A stretch of DNA of 64,000 bases from the human T2T-CHM13v2.0 reference genome, Homo sapiens: assembly GCF_009914755.1 (NCBI RefSeq), contig NC_060928.1; one strand, given 5' to 3'. Each line of letters starts with the position of its first letter. Position 1 is the first letter of the stretch. A program made the position numbers and the translations under genes. Shown one piece after another: positions 26,514 to 40,683 of this stretch. The notes beneath the pieces were generated by a model. That model was not told the origin of the DNA, did no database searches, and worked only from the letters and a program-made list of their open reading frames with translations.

Positions 26514-26823
26514 TTTATTTGTTTTGTTTTTGTTTTTGTTTTTGAGACAGTCTTGCTCTGTCACCCAGGCTGGAGTGCAGTAGAGTGATCTCAGCTCACT
26601 GCAACCTCCACCTCCCAGGTTCAAGGTACTCTTGTGCTTCAGCTTCCTGAGTAGCTGGGATTACAGGCATGCACCAACACACCTAGCTAATTTTTGTATT
26701 TTTAGTAAAGACAGGGTCTAGCCATGTTGTTCAAACTGTTCTCCAACTCCTGGCCTTCAGTGATCCCCCAACCTCAGCCTCCCAAAATACTAGGATTATG
26801 GGTGTGAGCCACCGTGCCTGGCC
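26514..26823 (-). mobile_element. Alu (J/Sx-like) with (GTTTTT)n tail, inside an antisense L1M fragment (about 26450-27120)
   Basis: gagacagtcttgctctgtcacccaggctggagtgcag...ccaccgtgcctggcc. Confidence 0.93.
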
Positions 26824-29800
26824 AGCTTTGTATATTTTAAAGTCCTCTTCTGAGGTTCATATATATATATTCCTAATTGATATACCTTGGTGAATATTGA
26901 TACTTTACTTTGTAATAAATGTTCATCTCTTCTTGTGAGTTATCTTTTTTCAAGTTTAATAATATTTTTCTTCCATTTAAATTACTTAGCCCATTTATAT
27001 TTAGTGTAATATTGATATGGTTGGTTGTCTTTATCTCTACCATTTGCTTTTTGGTGGAATAACTACTTCTGTATTTTTGTTTGTTTTTTTCTCTTTCCTT
27101 TTCATCCTTTGTGTTGATCAAACACCTTTAGTTTGGGAAAATTTTTTAGAAACTTCCATAATTCCCATGAATTATAGAAAAAGATTTTGAGAAAATGTTC
27201 ATAGCATAGTTAATTGAAAACAGAAAAATTTAGAAAAGTGCATTTAATGTGTAACCAGATTTAGAAACCAATGGTTTGTGTGTGTGTGTGTGTATCATAT
27301 GGCTATGGAAAAAGTGATACATGGAAAAACACACAGAACATTTGAAAGAGGATAAGAGGATGAAGAAGAAGGAAGATGGGAATTAAAATACACCATTTAG
27401 GAGAATGTTTACTTTAAATTTTACCATTTTTATAATGTAGTAATGATATAATATGCTCTAATATTAGTACTCAGAACCCAAATTATTATAAATATTTTCA
27501 AAATGTTTTTCAATCAGTAAATGTATATCCTCGCTATTAAATTCACAAACCTCCACATAAATCCAAGTGCATATGTGCACATACTCAAACACACACATTG
27601 TAATTACAGCAAATGTTATTTTATTAATATTTTTATTTAAAGAGATCCAGTTTTAAAATATAAAGGATTAGTTTCTTCATTTTGTTCTATTTTTTGTTGT
27701 TGCACATTTTAATTATTGTTGAAAGGACAATTCAACTCTTTTAAGAAAATTAAACAAACATTTAGACTAATTTAAAACTATTTATTGAGTACCAGTCACT
27801 CTTCTAAATGATTTGCATGGTTTTATGAAGAGAAAACTTTAAGAATTAATAAGTGTCAATTAAAGTAATTATTCAACTTTTTCTCTTTGTCTTGTATGTA
27901 TATTTTACATTGCCAAAAGAATGAGAGAAATATATGAGATAATTTCTATTTGAGAGAATTTCTATATGAGAGAAATATAGTTATATTTCTCTTCAATATA
28001 TTAAATGCTTCTCTATCAAATACCTAACATATTGTATAGATGTAGAACAGTATTGATCCTCCAAATTAGCTAAAATCATCATACTGCCCAGAAAATAAAA
28101 GTAGCCTATATTTTCCTAAGAGACTTGATAGTTTCCTCAACTAAATAAGTAACTCACACAATTTGAAGATGATATTTTTGTTGAAAAATAAATCTTGTAT
28201 AAAGTCCTTTACTACATATAGTTGTACTCAGTAATTTTGAGTTAATTTTAATATATGTGTATATGAATGTATACCCTTGAGCTGCAAAAGCTAGACCAAT
28301 TTTTTTCATGTCAAAATACATGTCAACAATTTAAACATTATGCACACAGCTTTCACTGTTTTTTACTTCACATGAAAAAGCATCCTGATTCTTTCAAAAC
28401 AAACTAAAGAAATTGGATTAAATAGCTTCTGAATTAATTTTAAGGCTTAAAGCAAAATTATCACATCTCAAGGACATTATAGCAACTGCAAATAATTTAA
28501 AATACATATATTTAGCATTTACAATTTTGTATAATAATGAAAACTAGCATATAATCTTTATTTTGATGAGTGTAAATGTTAATATTTAGTCTGACGTTTG
28601 TAAATTCAACTCAGTAGAATTAAATAAATATGCCTAAAACATATTTAATGTATAAAACTGGACTAAGTACTGAAACATATACAGAGATGAGCAATAACAG
28701 TGATAAATACTAAAAATAATTTAAAAATTACATAAAGTTGAATAGATCCGGAAATTCCTCAATGTGATAAAGGTGACAAAGGAAGAGCAGTAACCATTGG
28801 AAATAAGTTTGACATGAATCAAAGTATTTGAGAAATATTGTACTGTCTTGCAAACAAGAATCTACTTTGAGAAAATGTTCTGTTTTTATGCATACTAGAT
28901 AGTATGCATAAAGACACTTATAATTTAGATTTTAGAGTCCCAGACAATATCCTAAAAATATAAAATATTTAAAATAAGAATATTACAAAGGTCTGGTATA
29001 GTTCCCTCTTTGTATCAAGCATGTGCTTTTTTTCCTTTGCAGGTAAGCTAATATGTTATTAGGATTATATATTAACACTTTAACTTAATACAAAATTTGA
29101 TGAATTTTGTATAGTGGTACATTTCATACTGAATAGAATATATGATAATTTCATATATGGAGGAGACATAAGACTGCAGGCTTGGCTTTGAAAAGGAATA
29201 CGATTATAAACATGCTAATGTATTCAGTCATTGCTTTAACATCAAGTTTATCTTTTAATTACTCTGTGTCCTGAGTATTTTGCAAGGCACATCAAGGTCT
29301 TTTTTGCCTTCCATTTAAAGACAGCAAAGGTTACTCTGCTCCCTCTTTTCCTGAGTCCAATTCTCCAAGACGAGAAAATGAAAAATAGGAAAAAATATTT
29401 TATAAAAATAAAAACACTCAACAAAATTCAACATGCAGTAAGGTTGCCAATAGAAGAAACCATTACACCAGAGCAAAAAAGGGAGGCAAGAGAGAAAACT
29501 GTCTCTGCATAACTAAATCAGAATAAGAGGAACACAGAGAATTACAAGTTAGATATCACTTCCTGAAGGGCCATCTCAAGGTATTGTTGATTGAAATTAC
29601 AATATTTGAGTGAACATACAAGCAAAGAGATGTCCTTAAACTATATGTATCATAGAAGTGTGTCAGGGGAAAATAGACTGGGAAGGAACCCACCCAAAAA
29701 TACCATCCTGGCAAGAAACATCCAGGATGATGGAGAAACTTCGGGGAGTGTGCAGCTCTTCAGTTAAAGGCTTGGCTGCCAAAAGAAGAAAATGCCACGT

Positions 29801-31213
29801 TATCACACCATGAGCCTAAGAAAGAAGACTGAGAACTATGGGGACTAATTACTACTTCAAGGGCAGAGAAATTCTGAAACCGCTGAAATAATGTTTAATC
29901 TGGGCTCTTACGCTCATTAAATTTTCCCCTCTCTAAAAACACTTTCACAAACAGCTGATCCATGGAGAACAGCCTCCACTCAGGGGAGAGTGAAACTGAG
30001 AAAGAACTAAGCAAAGCATCTAGGCCAAGACATCCCCAAAACAAAAGGCCAGCAACAGAAAAACAAAATTATATCACACAGTAGATCACATTTTGTAGAT
30101 AAACAGTGCAAACAAAGAACAATAAAAATTACAGCCTCTGTGAAATAGCTGCTCAAAAAACCAATGATAGGCAATGAAAACTGAGCAAACCGATTTCAAG
30201 AACAAAACTGAAAGAGAAAAGGAAGACATGTAATGAGAATTCAATTAGTATTAGCCTAAATAGGGGTGATTGGTCAAAGGTCTGAAAATATACAAAATCC
30301 AGTTAGAAATGAGCAGAGTACAAAGAAATAGAAATAAAATTAGAGCTATAGAAAGTAGTATGTAACAAACCAGTGTTTTAGATAAGAGAATAAATAAACC
30401 TAGAAAAAATTTACATATATAATCAAAGAGAAAACATTAAAATGAAGGAAGACCTGTATTAACACCTTAAAGAGACTCGTCTCAATGGGCAGCAGGGAGG
30501 GGGATTATTAATTCAGGCTAATCAGGATCACTGAGTTACTGAGCTTCAATGACAAAGAATTCTAAGGGAATTTAAGTAAAAGATTAAGTCACCTATAAAA
30601 AGGATTTAAAATTTTAGTTCAACTCAGACTTAGCAATAACAACATTCCAGGCAAAAAACTGAGGAGCAATCTTTATAGTGTTCTTGAGACTGTATCAGAA
30701 AACATGGCAAATATTTGACTCCCTGTGTGTGCCAACCTGGCATTCAGGGTACACAAGTAACAGATACCTATTATCAAATAAGCAAAACTCAGTAAGTAAA
30801 GTACACAATACTCCTTCCAGAGAATAAACTGTAACCAACTAAGGTATGCATTGAGGGTTTTTTGGTTAAAATTAGTGATGAACAATGACTCCAAAAACTA
30901 CAGTGCCTGAGTTTAACTATGATTGTTGCTGAAAACAACACAAATGTTAAAAATTAGAAACAAATATAAACTATAGTAAAATTAGAGATAACCTAAATGA
31001 GGTGAAATGAAAGTAAAGAGGCTTTCTCAATGTGTATAATGTGAGTAGGTTTATGATTTAAGTTAAAAATACTTAAGTATACCACTTAACAGCTAAAATA
31101 ACTAAAATGATAATAAAACCAGAAAATTTGTAAGTAGAGGAAGAGTAGCCTGGAGAAGGTTTGTGTGTGCCAATTATTGTCTCTTTGTTATTCAGAAGTC
31201 AAGTTAAACCGGT

Positions 31214-31628
31214 TGTATTAGGCCGTTCTTGTGTTGTTATAAAGGAATACCTGAGACTGGGTAATTTATAAGAAAAGCTATTTAATTGGCTCATGGTTCT
31301 GCAGACTGTACAGACATGGTGCCAGCATCTGCTCAGCTTCTAGGGAGGAGTTTTGCTGAAGCAGAAGGCAAAGTCGGGGGAGGGATGTCACATGGAGAGA
31401 GCAGGAGCAAGAGAAAGAAGAGAAGGAGGAGGCCCCAGACTTTTAAAGAACCAGATCTTATGTGACCTAAGTGAGCGGGAACTTACTTATCAACAAGGGG
31501 ATGGCAGTAAACCATTCATAAGGGATCCACCTCCATGATCCAATCACCTCCCTCCAGGTCCCACCTCCAACACTGGGGATTACATTTCAATATGACATTT
31601 GTCAGGGACAAATATCCCAACTATGTCA
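31214..31628 (-). mobile_element. MSTA-like MaLR LTR
   Basis: tgtattaggccgttcttg...ataaaggaatacctgagactgggtaatttataag...cccacctccaacactggggattacatttcaa. Confidence 0.9.
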
Positions 31629-31870
31629 TGGGTTAAATTTTAAAACTCAAAAAATACAGTTTTAAGTATAAAATATAGAATTTTAAATATAACCACTAGA
31701 AAAGTAAAAATACATTATATAGAAACAACATCAGAAATGAAAAAAAATCAGATATATAATGAAAGCTAAAAGAGATAGAAATATTAAAAATTGAAAGCCT
31801 ATATATGTGAATGGCAAATATATACATAGCAGGGGCTACAATATTATTGTTAAAATAGGTTCTAAAGGAA

Positions 31871-32381
31871 TGATTGATAGAAAAAAAGTGCTAAGCAGAT
31901 TCACTGTGCACTGGATACCACCTCAGTTCACTGCATCTTGGGCTGACATTTCTACTACTTGCACTAGTCCTTTGATAACACTTATACAAATTAAGCGAAG
32001 CACCTTTATTATTCACAAATAGGCAGCAAGGGACAGTAGAAACCTGGGATTCAGGTAAGCCAGACTTCCAAGACTCAGGAAGCTACACAAGGCAGATGAA
32101 CTCTCATCTGTGTGGCCCAATTTGCACTCCAGCTCAGGGAATTCAGAAAGCAGTCTTCGTGGGCTTTGTACTCTAGGGAAAACATGACATGCTGGGCCAA
32201 TGCATTGAAGGACATCCTGTTTCTGGGAAGAACTAGAACACAGCCTGAGCTCTCTTGGCTAGTCTCTCCTTATCTCAGGATGTTGCATTCTCAGCACATT
32301 TTAAAATTATTATTGAAAACTACAAGCAATAAAAAGGGAAAAACTGGATTGGACCAAGGCCACCCAGAGAACTGCCCTGCA
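31871..32381 (-). mobile_element. ERVL-type LTR (MER54/MER73-like)
   Basis: The minus strand starts tgcagggcagttctctgggtggccttggtcc and contains gaatgcaacatcctgagataagg. AATAAA is on the minus strand. Confidence 0.65.
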
Positions 32382-32432
32382 AAAAGTAATTTATAATGTA
32401 CAATCTTTAATGAAAATGGAAGGACCATAGTA

Positions 32433-34300
32433 TTTTTTTAATGGAGGTAAATTCACGTTACATAATTTTCATGTATTTAAACTGTATAGTTCAGTAACAT
32501 TGAGTACATTCTCAGCGTTGTACAATGATCACATCTGTCTAGTTGCAAAACATTTTCATCACACCCAAGGGCAACCTCGTGCCAATTATGCAGTCACCTT
32601 CTAGTCCCAACTAGCCTGATTTCTCTAGCATTTATGTATTTGGGAAATTCTAAATAGGTGGAATCAAATAATACATGTCCTTTTGTGGTGAGCTTCTTTC
32701 ACTCAGCATAACGTGTTGAAGGTTCATCCATGTTGCAGCCCATGTCATCACATCATTCCTTTTTTATGGCTGAATAATATTTCATTAGATAGATATACCA
32801 TATTTTATTTATACTTTAATATATTGGGGTACATTTGGGTTGTTTCCACCTTTGGCTATTTTGACTAGTGCTGCTGTATACATTGCGTCATGCATTTGAA
32901 TACTTGTTCTTAGTTTTTTGGGCTATATATCTAGAAGTAGAATTGACCATTCATATGGTAATTTTCCGTTCAAAGTTTAAGGACTCGCCAAACTGTTATC
33001 CCCAGTGGTTTCACTATTTAAAATTCCCACCACCAAAATAGGCTTCAAATCTCCACATCCTCACCAATGCTTGTAATTTTCCTTTTTTTTTTTTTGATGA
33101 TTACCATCTTAATGAATGTGATGTTGTATCTCATTATGGTTTTTTATTTTCATTTTCCAAATGATGACTGATGTTGAGCATCTTTTCATGTGTGTTTTTT
33201 GTATCTACTTTGGAGTATTGTGTACCTCAGAATGTTGCCCATTTTTAAAATTAGGCTATTTGTCTTTTTGTGCTCAATCACAAGAGTATTACACATATTA
33301 AAAGTACTTGACCCTTATCATATATATGATTTGCAAATATTTCCACCAACTCTATAAGTTGTCTATGATAGTGTTATTTGATGCACAAAAGTTTTTAATT
33401 TTGATTAACTCCATATTATCTATTTTTCTGTTTTGTTGAAATGCTTTTGATTTTATATTAATTGCAAAATCCAAGGTAATGAAGATTTTCCCCTATATTA
33501 TCTTCTAAGAGTTTTACATTTTTACCTCTGATATTTAAACCTTTGGTCTATTTGAGTTAATTTTTGTATACAGTGTGAAATAGGGGCCTAAACTTATTCT
33601 TTTGCATGTGGTTATCTAGTTGTCCCACCACCATTTGTTGAATAGACTATTATTTTTTGATGAATGATGTTGGCATCCTTGTTGAATATCAATTGAACAT
33701 AGATGTATGGATCTAATTGCTTGAATTTCAATCATGTTCCATTGCTTTGTCTTTTTTATCCTGATGTTAGTACCACATCTTCTTCATTATTGTATATTTT
33801 GTAGCAAGTTTTAAAATTAGAGAGTGTGAATCTTCCAACTTTAGTCTTTTTTGTCAAGATTGTTTTGGCTGTTTGTGGTATCTTGGAATTACATATGAAA
33901 TTTAGGCTCAGGTTTTCCATTCTCCAAAAAAAAAAAACTGTTATAATTTTAAGACAGATTGCACTGAATATGTTGATAGTTTTAAGAAATATTGCCATTT
34001 TAAAAACACAAAGTCTTTTAATTCATAAACACACATGTCTTCATTTATTTAGGTCTTCTTTAATTTCTTTTAGTAATCATTACCAGTTTCAGGGTGCAAG
34101 CCTTGCATCTTATTGAATAAATGTATTCCTAAAATATTTTTGATGCTATTGTAAATAGATTTTTAAATTTCATTTTCAGATTGTTCACTGCTGGGGTATA
34201 GGAATAAAACTGATTTTGTGTGTTAATCTTGTATCTTGAAATTCTGCTAAATTTGTTTATTACTTCTGTATTTTGAAGTTCTTTTATAGCTTCATTGGAT
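32433..34300 (-). mobile_element. L1MB-like 3' end and ORF2 fragments
   Basis: catcattcctttttatggctgaataatatttcatt.... ORF 33756-33998 (AKTILTKKTKVGRFTLSNFKTCYK) is L1 ORF2-like. Confidence 0.85.
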
Positions 34301-34309
34301 GGTTCAGAG

Positions 34310-34545
34310 AAGATAGCTAAATTCAAATTCTAGCTCCACCAATTACTAGCTATGTGATCTTGGGCCAGCCACATAAGTTCTGAGTATCTCAATTTCCTCA
34401 AATTTAAAATGCACCTAATAGCACCTATTGAATAACCATTGAATATTAGCACTTACTTCAATGGTTACTACTAGAATTAAGTACTATTTATAAAGAACTT
34501 TTAATTAAGTCAAGCACATAGTGAGCATTATACATGTGTTAAATA
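34310..34545 (+). mobile_element. MIR SINE
   Basis: ttactagctatgtgatcttgggc...tctcaatttcctcaaatttaaaatg. Confidence 0.7.
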
Positions 34546-34925
34546 ATTGAAGAGCATTAAAATTAATAAAGAACACTCTAGAAAAATATAGAGGTAATTA
34601 ACACACCAGGGAATTATATTTACCTATTAGCCAATAATAGACAAAATAGCTCCAATACAATTAAGTATATAGAGGAGCTGAATAACATTTGCATAGCAGG
34701 ATACAAATATACAGATATATGTTATGTATTTCTAATACTTAAACTGTACACAGAATAACCTTTGCAATCGCTCAAGAAGTATTTTTATTTGTGTATGTAT
34801 ATTGCCAGGATTACCTAAAAGTTTTTACTAATGAAATAATAAAAACCACTTTTAGCAAAAATAGAAATTGGAAACAGACCAAAAAATAGATAAAACAGCA
34901 ACCAGATGTTTAAAACCTATCTGTC

Positions 34926-35228
34926 GGCCGGGTGTGGTGGCTCACGCCTGTAATCCCAGCACTTTGGGAGGCCGAGGCAGCCAAACCACCTGAGGTCGGG
35001 AGTTTGAGACCAGCCTGACCAACATGGAGAAACCCTGTCTCTACTAAAATACAAAATTAGCTGGGCATGATGGCGCATGCCTGTAATCCCAGCGACTCAG
35101 GAGGCTGAGGCAGGAGAATCACTTGAACCCGGAATGTGGAGGTTGCAGCGAGCCAAGATTGTGCCATTGCCTGGGCAACAAGAGTGAAACTCTGTCTCAA
35201 AATAAAATAAAATAAAAATAAAAAAATG
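34926..35228 (+). mobile_element. AluSp-like
   Basis: Diagnostic gaggtcgggagtttgagaccagcctgaccaacatggagaaaccc. TSD aaaacctatctgt / aaaacctatatgt. Confidence 0.93.
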
Positions 35229-35574
35229 AAAACCTATATGTTAAAAAATTCTAGCTCATAAAAAAATAAAAACATGAATATAAAAGAAATAACAAGAGTG
35301 AAATACTAGTAGTCAGATCTTTTTTTACACTGATAAAAATGTTCAGACAAAAAATTAATAAGATTCTACACCCAAGTTACAAGAAAATATATGTAAACTA
35401 AGATGTTCATTGAGTTTATGAAATCATTATAAGAATAGAAAAATAAAGAAATGGAGAAGAAAATAATTGACAAATAAAAGTAAAAAATTTATAAAATGGA
35501 AATCAGGGAAAAGGACAAAATTTAAGCACAAATGATATTAGAAAAGTAAATGGCAAAATATAAAAACTTATTTT

Positions 35575-36655
35575 TTATTATTTTACATTTTAAAACCATT
35601 TTATTGAGATATAATTAACATTAAGAAAACTGTACATACTCAATATGCACATCTTGATGAGCCTGGGAATAAGTATACCCATGAAACCATCACCATCATC
35701 AAAATTATAACCAAATCTATCACTTTCTAGAGTTTCCTCAGGCCTCTTTTATTATTACTATCGTTTTTTTGAAAACCAAACATAAGATCTACTTTCCTAG
35801 TAAGTTTAAATACACAATACAGTATTGTTAGCTATAGGCATTATGTTGTATAGCAGAGCTCCAGAACTTATGTATCTTGCATAGCTGAAACTTTGTATAC
35901 TTTAACCATTTTCTTCCCGTTTCCACTTCTCCCAGGCCCTGGCAACCACCATTTTTCTACTCTTTGCTTCTCTGAGTTTGAATATTTTAACTTCTACATA
36001 GGAAAGACATTATACAGTATTTATCTTTCTGTGTCTGTTTTATTTCACTTAATATAATGCCCTCCAGTTCATCTGCGGTATCACAAATGGCAGAATTTTA
36101 CCATAATTTAGTATATGCCATGATTACTTCATTCATTCATCCATGGATAAACATTTAGGTTGTTTCTACATCTTGGATATTGTGAATAATACTTCAATAA
36201 ACATGGGAGTTCAGCAAACTATTCAGTATCCTGATTTCAATGACTTTGGATTTGAACCCAGAAATGGGATTGCTGGGTCATATGGTAGCCCTATTTTTAA
36301 CTTTTCGAGGAATCTTCATATTGCTTTTTATAACAGTTATACCCATTTACATTCCCACCAACACTGGACAAGTGTTCTTCTTTGTTTGCATCCTTTGCTT
36401 TTCTTAATAACAGTCATTCCAACGCGTGTGAGGTCATAGCTCATCAAGGTTTTGATTTGTATTTTCCTTATGATTAGTGATTTTGAGCATTTTTTAATAT
36501 AACGATTGGCCACTTGTATATGCTCTTTTGAAAAACGTCTCTTCAGGTCCTTTGCTCATTTTTATATGGGTTATTTGGATTTTTTGCTATTCAGTTGTAT
36601 GAGCTCCTTCTGTATTTCGGATGTTAACCCCTTAGCAGAATTACAGTTTGCAAAG
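35575..36655 (-). mobile_element. L1MA-like 3' end
   Basis: tacaatacagtattgttagctataggcattatgttgtatagcag-type L1MA 3'UTR motif, then gggattgctgggtcatatggtag. Confidence 0.85.
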
Positions 36656-37140
36656 GAGAAAAGTATATAACTTAGTAAGTGCTAAAAAAAAGAGAGTTGC
36701 TGTTATAAATCCATTAATGAAAACAAACGCAGACATACAGACACTCTACCTAAAATCAGGGTGAATATTGCAATAGTTTGTGACATTTTTAAGGAACAAC
36801 TTGCTGGTAAATAAAAACTTTAAAAACATAATCTCGACAATATCAGCATCACGAAAACACAAATTATTTTTTAAGTATTTAAAATATTCTGGTATTAACA
36901 AGTAGTCTAATTATGCATACAGTATATAAATAAGAATATATTTGGCAGATGATGTTATTGCATTTCTGCAAAATTCTGAGGAATCAACCAGAATATAATC
37001 AGAAACTGTAAGAAACTCTATTAACACATATAGCTATACAATCAATAAGAATGTCAATTATTTGTATATAGAACAAACAAATCTAATGAGAAACGACTTC
37101 ATTCGTAACAGAAAGAAGAAAAATGAGAGGAATAAAGGAG

Positions 37141-37144
37141 AAAA

Positions 37145-37192
<48 letters not shown>

Positions 37193-37215
37193 AAAAGAAA
37201 GAGAGAAAGAAAGAG
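37141..37215. repeat. (GAAA)n tetranucleotide microsatellite
   Basis: About 11-12 perfect GAAA units with degenerate flanks. Confidence 0.95.
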
Positions 37216-37274
37216 AATGGAAAAAGAGCTGACATATATAATTGCAATGTATTTAAGACATATGCAGAATTATA

Positions 37275-37583
37275 CAGTAGTCCCCCCTTTATCTGTATTA
37301 TTGCCTTCTGTGATTTTAATTGCCCATAGTACAGTACAATAAGATTTTAAAATAGAGAAAGAACACATTTATATAACTTTATCACAGTACATTGTTATAA
37401 ATGTTCTATTTTATTATTATTGCTGTTAATTTCTCACTGTGCCTAACTGATAAATTAAACTTCATTATAGGCATGTATATATAGCAAAAAGCATAGTATG
37501 TTTAGGGTTTGGTACTATCTGTGGTTTCAGGCATCCCCTTGGGGTCTTGGAACGTATCCCCTGAGAAAAAGGGGGAACTGCTA
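37275..37583 (+). mobile_element. MER44/Tigger7-family DNA transposon (MITE)
   Basis: Terminal inverted repeats cagtagtccccccttt / aaagggggaactgcta flanked by TA. Internal ggtactatctgtggtttcaggcatcc...ggtcttggaacgtatcccc. Confidence 0.85.
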
Positions 37584-38613
37584 TATAAAGGAAATATGAA
37601 AATTTTTTGTAGGACATAAAGTAAAACTTAAATAGATCCATGAAACTTGTTTATTTTATTAGAAGTCCTTAATATTTAAATATGTCATTTCTCCTCTAAA
37701 TTATTTTGAGGTTTAATAGTATCAAATAGTTTTTGACACTCAACAGTTCTAATATTAAAGTTATTCACAAAAAAATTCAAAATGATTTAAAAGGCCAGAG
37801 TATTCTGAAAAAAAAATTATTTAAGGGGATATAGTTTTACCACATAAAGAAAAATATTATAAAACTTTAATAATTAAAATAGGTTTATATTGGCACATAA
37901 ATGGGTAGCAACATTAATGACACCATTAGAAAACTGAGAAATACACATGAACAGAGAAATATAATATCTGATCAATTAAGATTCTGAATTAATGAAGAAA
38001 ATATGAGTGCTGTACCAATGTTGCAATATAGACTAAGAAATGTTAAACATTAATTGCAAATGAATCAAATATTTAAATATTAAATTTTTCATCTATAATA
38101 GTGCTAGAAGAAAACAATATTTTAAAATAATTTCTAATTGAGGAAATCCTGTAAAAGCAAAATAATTATTTTAGACAGAAACATGTCACTTATAAAGTCA
38201 AAAAGAGAAGTAATATTTAACCATGTAATTGCAGATAGTAATAGTATATTCTTTTTTACTGCTGTATAGTATACAATAGCTTGAATATAATACTTATTTT
38301 ACATTTGGTTGCTTCCAGTTGTTGGCTTTTATGAGTAAACATGTTATGGACATTCTTTTATCTGTCTTTTGGTGAACATGTACACTCATTGATAACAATC
38401 CTTGTTACCAATCCAGTATTGGCAAACTTTTTATTTACTCATTGATGTTTCTGTGTTGATATCTCCATGTGGTTTACTTTGCATGTTTATGATTACTAAT
38501 GATGTTGACAATCTTTTATATAATTATTGTCTGTTTTGATGTATTGTTTTGTGATGTATCTCAAGTCTTCTGACTATTTAGTATTTGGATTTTCTGTCTT
38601 TTACTATTCGTTT

Positions 38614-38986
38614 TGTATTAGTATGTTTTCACAGTGCTGATAAAGACATACCTGAGACTAGGCAATTTAAAAAAGAAAGTGGTTTAATGGACTTACACTT
38701 CCATGTGGCTGGGGAGGCCTCACAATCATGGCAGAATGTGAAAGGCAAGGAGGAGCAAGCCATGTCTTATATGGATGGCAGCAGGTAAAGAAAGAGAGCT
38801 TGTACAGGGAAACTCCCATTTTTACAACCATCAGATCTTGTGAGACAGACTCACTCACTATCATGAGAACAGTACAGAAAAGACCTGCCCCCATAATTCA
38901 ATCACCTACCACAGGATTCCTCCCATGACACATGGGAATTATGGGAGTTACAATTTAAGCTGAGATTTGGGTGGGGACACAGCCAA
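38614..38986 (-). mobile_element. THE1 MaLR LTR inserted in an old antisense L1
   Basis: tgtattagt...gctgataaagacatacctgagact...gagatttgggtggggacacagccaaa. Confidence 0.92.
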
Positions 38987-39460
38987 AGGAGTGCATTATA
39001 TAATCTCATTATAAGTCCTTTTCCAGTTGTATGTATTGTAAATGTCTTCTTCCAATCCTTGGCTTCCTTTCTATTTTTTTAATGATGTCTTTTAATTAAC
39101 AAAAAGTCTTATATTTAATAAAGCTTATTTCAGTTATCTATTGCTGTGTAACTACTTACCACAAAAAATGAATAATTAAAACATTGCATTATTTACTCAT
39201 AATTTTGCATTTTGGAGAGAGCATGGTAGTCTTTGATAGTTGAACTTCTTATATGGCAGTTTGCTTCTCATAGCACAAAAGAGGCACAATGTCATATCCT
39301 CTGCATTCTATTGATTTAATCATACCATATTGTGATAATTGTGCAAAGACAGGTACAAAAATTTTCATTGTAGCATTGTTTGTATTAGCAAATCCCTGGA
39401 AATAAGTCAAATGTTCATTAATATACCACTCAATAAATGTATTATAATACATTTGTTTAA

Positions 39461-39522
39461 TGTAATATGATCTTATTTAGTGTAATATGATCTTATTTGT
39501 GTAATGTAATATGATCTTATTT
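39461..39522. repeat. Short tandem triplication of tgtaatatgatcttattt
   Basis: Three exact 18-bp copies at 39461, 39481 and 39505. Confidence 0.9.
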
Positions 39523-39852
39523 AATGATGTGGAATGAGTCAAAATTTATGCTGTCTTACTAACTGAAAATAGAGCTCAGCATAAGTTAAAATTTATATAT
39601 AACATGATCTATTTTTTGTTAAAAATATAAATGTGTTTGTGCATATTCATAGGATAATTCTGGGAGGATGCAAAAGCTAATAGTGATGATATTTACATAT
39701 CAAAAAGGGCCCTGTAGAATCTTGTACAGAAAAGAAACTTACATTTAATTATCTTTTAATTTTTTCTTCATATGCATATATTAATTTTCTACTGGAATAT
39801 TAGAATTTAAAATAGACAAATGTAACATTTTAACATATGAACATTAGCAAAT

Positions 39853-40223
39853 TGTCTTAGCTCAAGCCATCAGAACACAAAACACAGACTGGGTGGCTTA
39901 CACCACAGACATTTATTTTTCACAGTTCTGGTGACTAAACTCTGATATCAGAGTACCAGCATGGTTGGGTTTTAGTGAGGCCTCTCTTCCTGGCTTGCAG
40001 ATGGCTGCCTTCTAACCGTGTGCTCGTATAGGGCTATGAAAGAAATCTGGTATCTTTTCCTTGTCTTATAAGGGCATTAATTCCATCATGAGTCCCCTAC
40101 CCTCATGATTTTACCTAAAGCAAATTACTTCCCAAAGACATCACCTTCAAATACCATAACGTTGGGGGTTAGGGCTTTACCGTATGAATTTTGGGGAGAA
40201 CACAAACATTCAGTTCATAAGAC
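39853..40223 (-). mobile_element. MLT1A-like LTR
   Basis: acagactgggtggctta...cacagttctgg...ctctcttcctggcttgcagatggctgccttc...aacattcagttcata. Confidence 0.85.
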
Positions 40224-40683
40224 AAATGGTGCTACATGTTTGCATGTGTGTGTATATGCACATATATGTTTATAAACATATATATAAGTGTATATAACAA
40301 CATATATCTAACAAAATGTTGCCATTTTTTATTTTACTTTTACAATGTAAAGTTATGCCTATATACTTCTGAATACACAAAGGAAGAAAAAAATGGATGG
40401 TGATAATGAAAACAAGATGAAAATCCCAGAAGATTTTCAGAATAATCAGACATACCCTCAAGCAAAAAATGAATTACTCTGACATGTTTTAATGGCTTTA
40501 GGAAGTTATAGAGCTCTTTGAAATTAGCATATGGATACACTGGAATTTATATTGAGTTGCATGTGAAAACATCCACAAAATAGTGCATACATTTCCTGAT
40601 GTCACAGAATATGAGATAGGCGTGATATAGGTGCATCACTGTATCTCCTAAGACAGTATTCTTTAGGAGTGTAGTTTGGTTAC

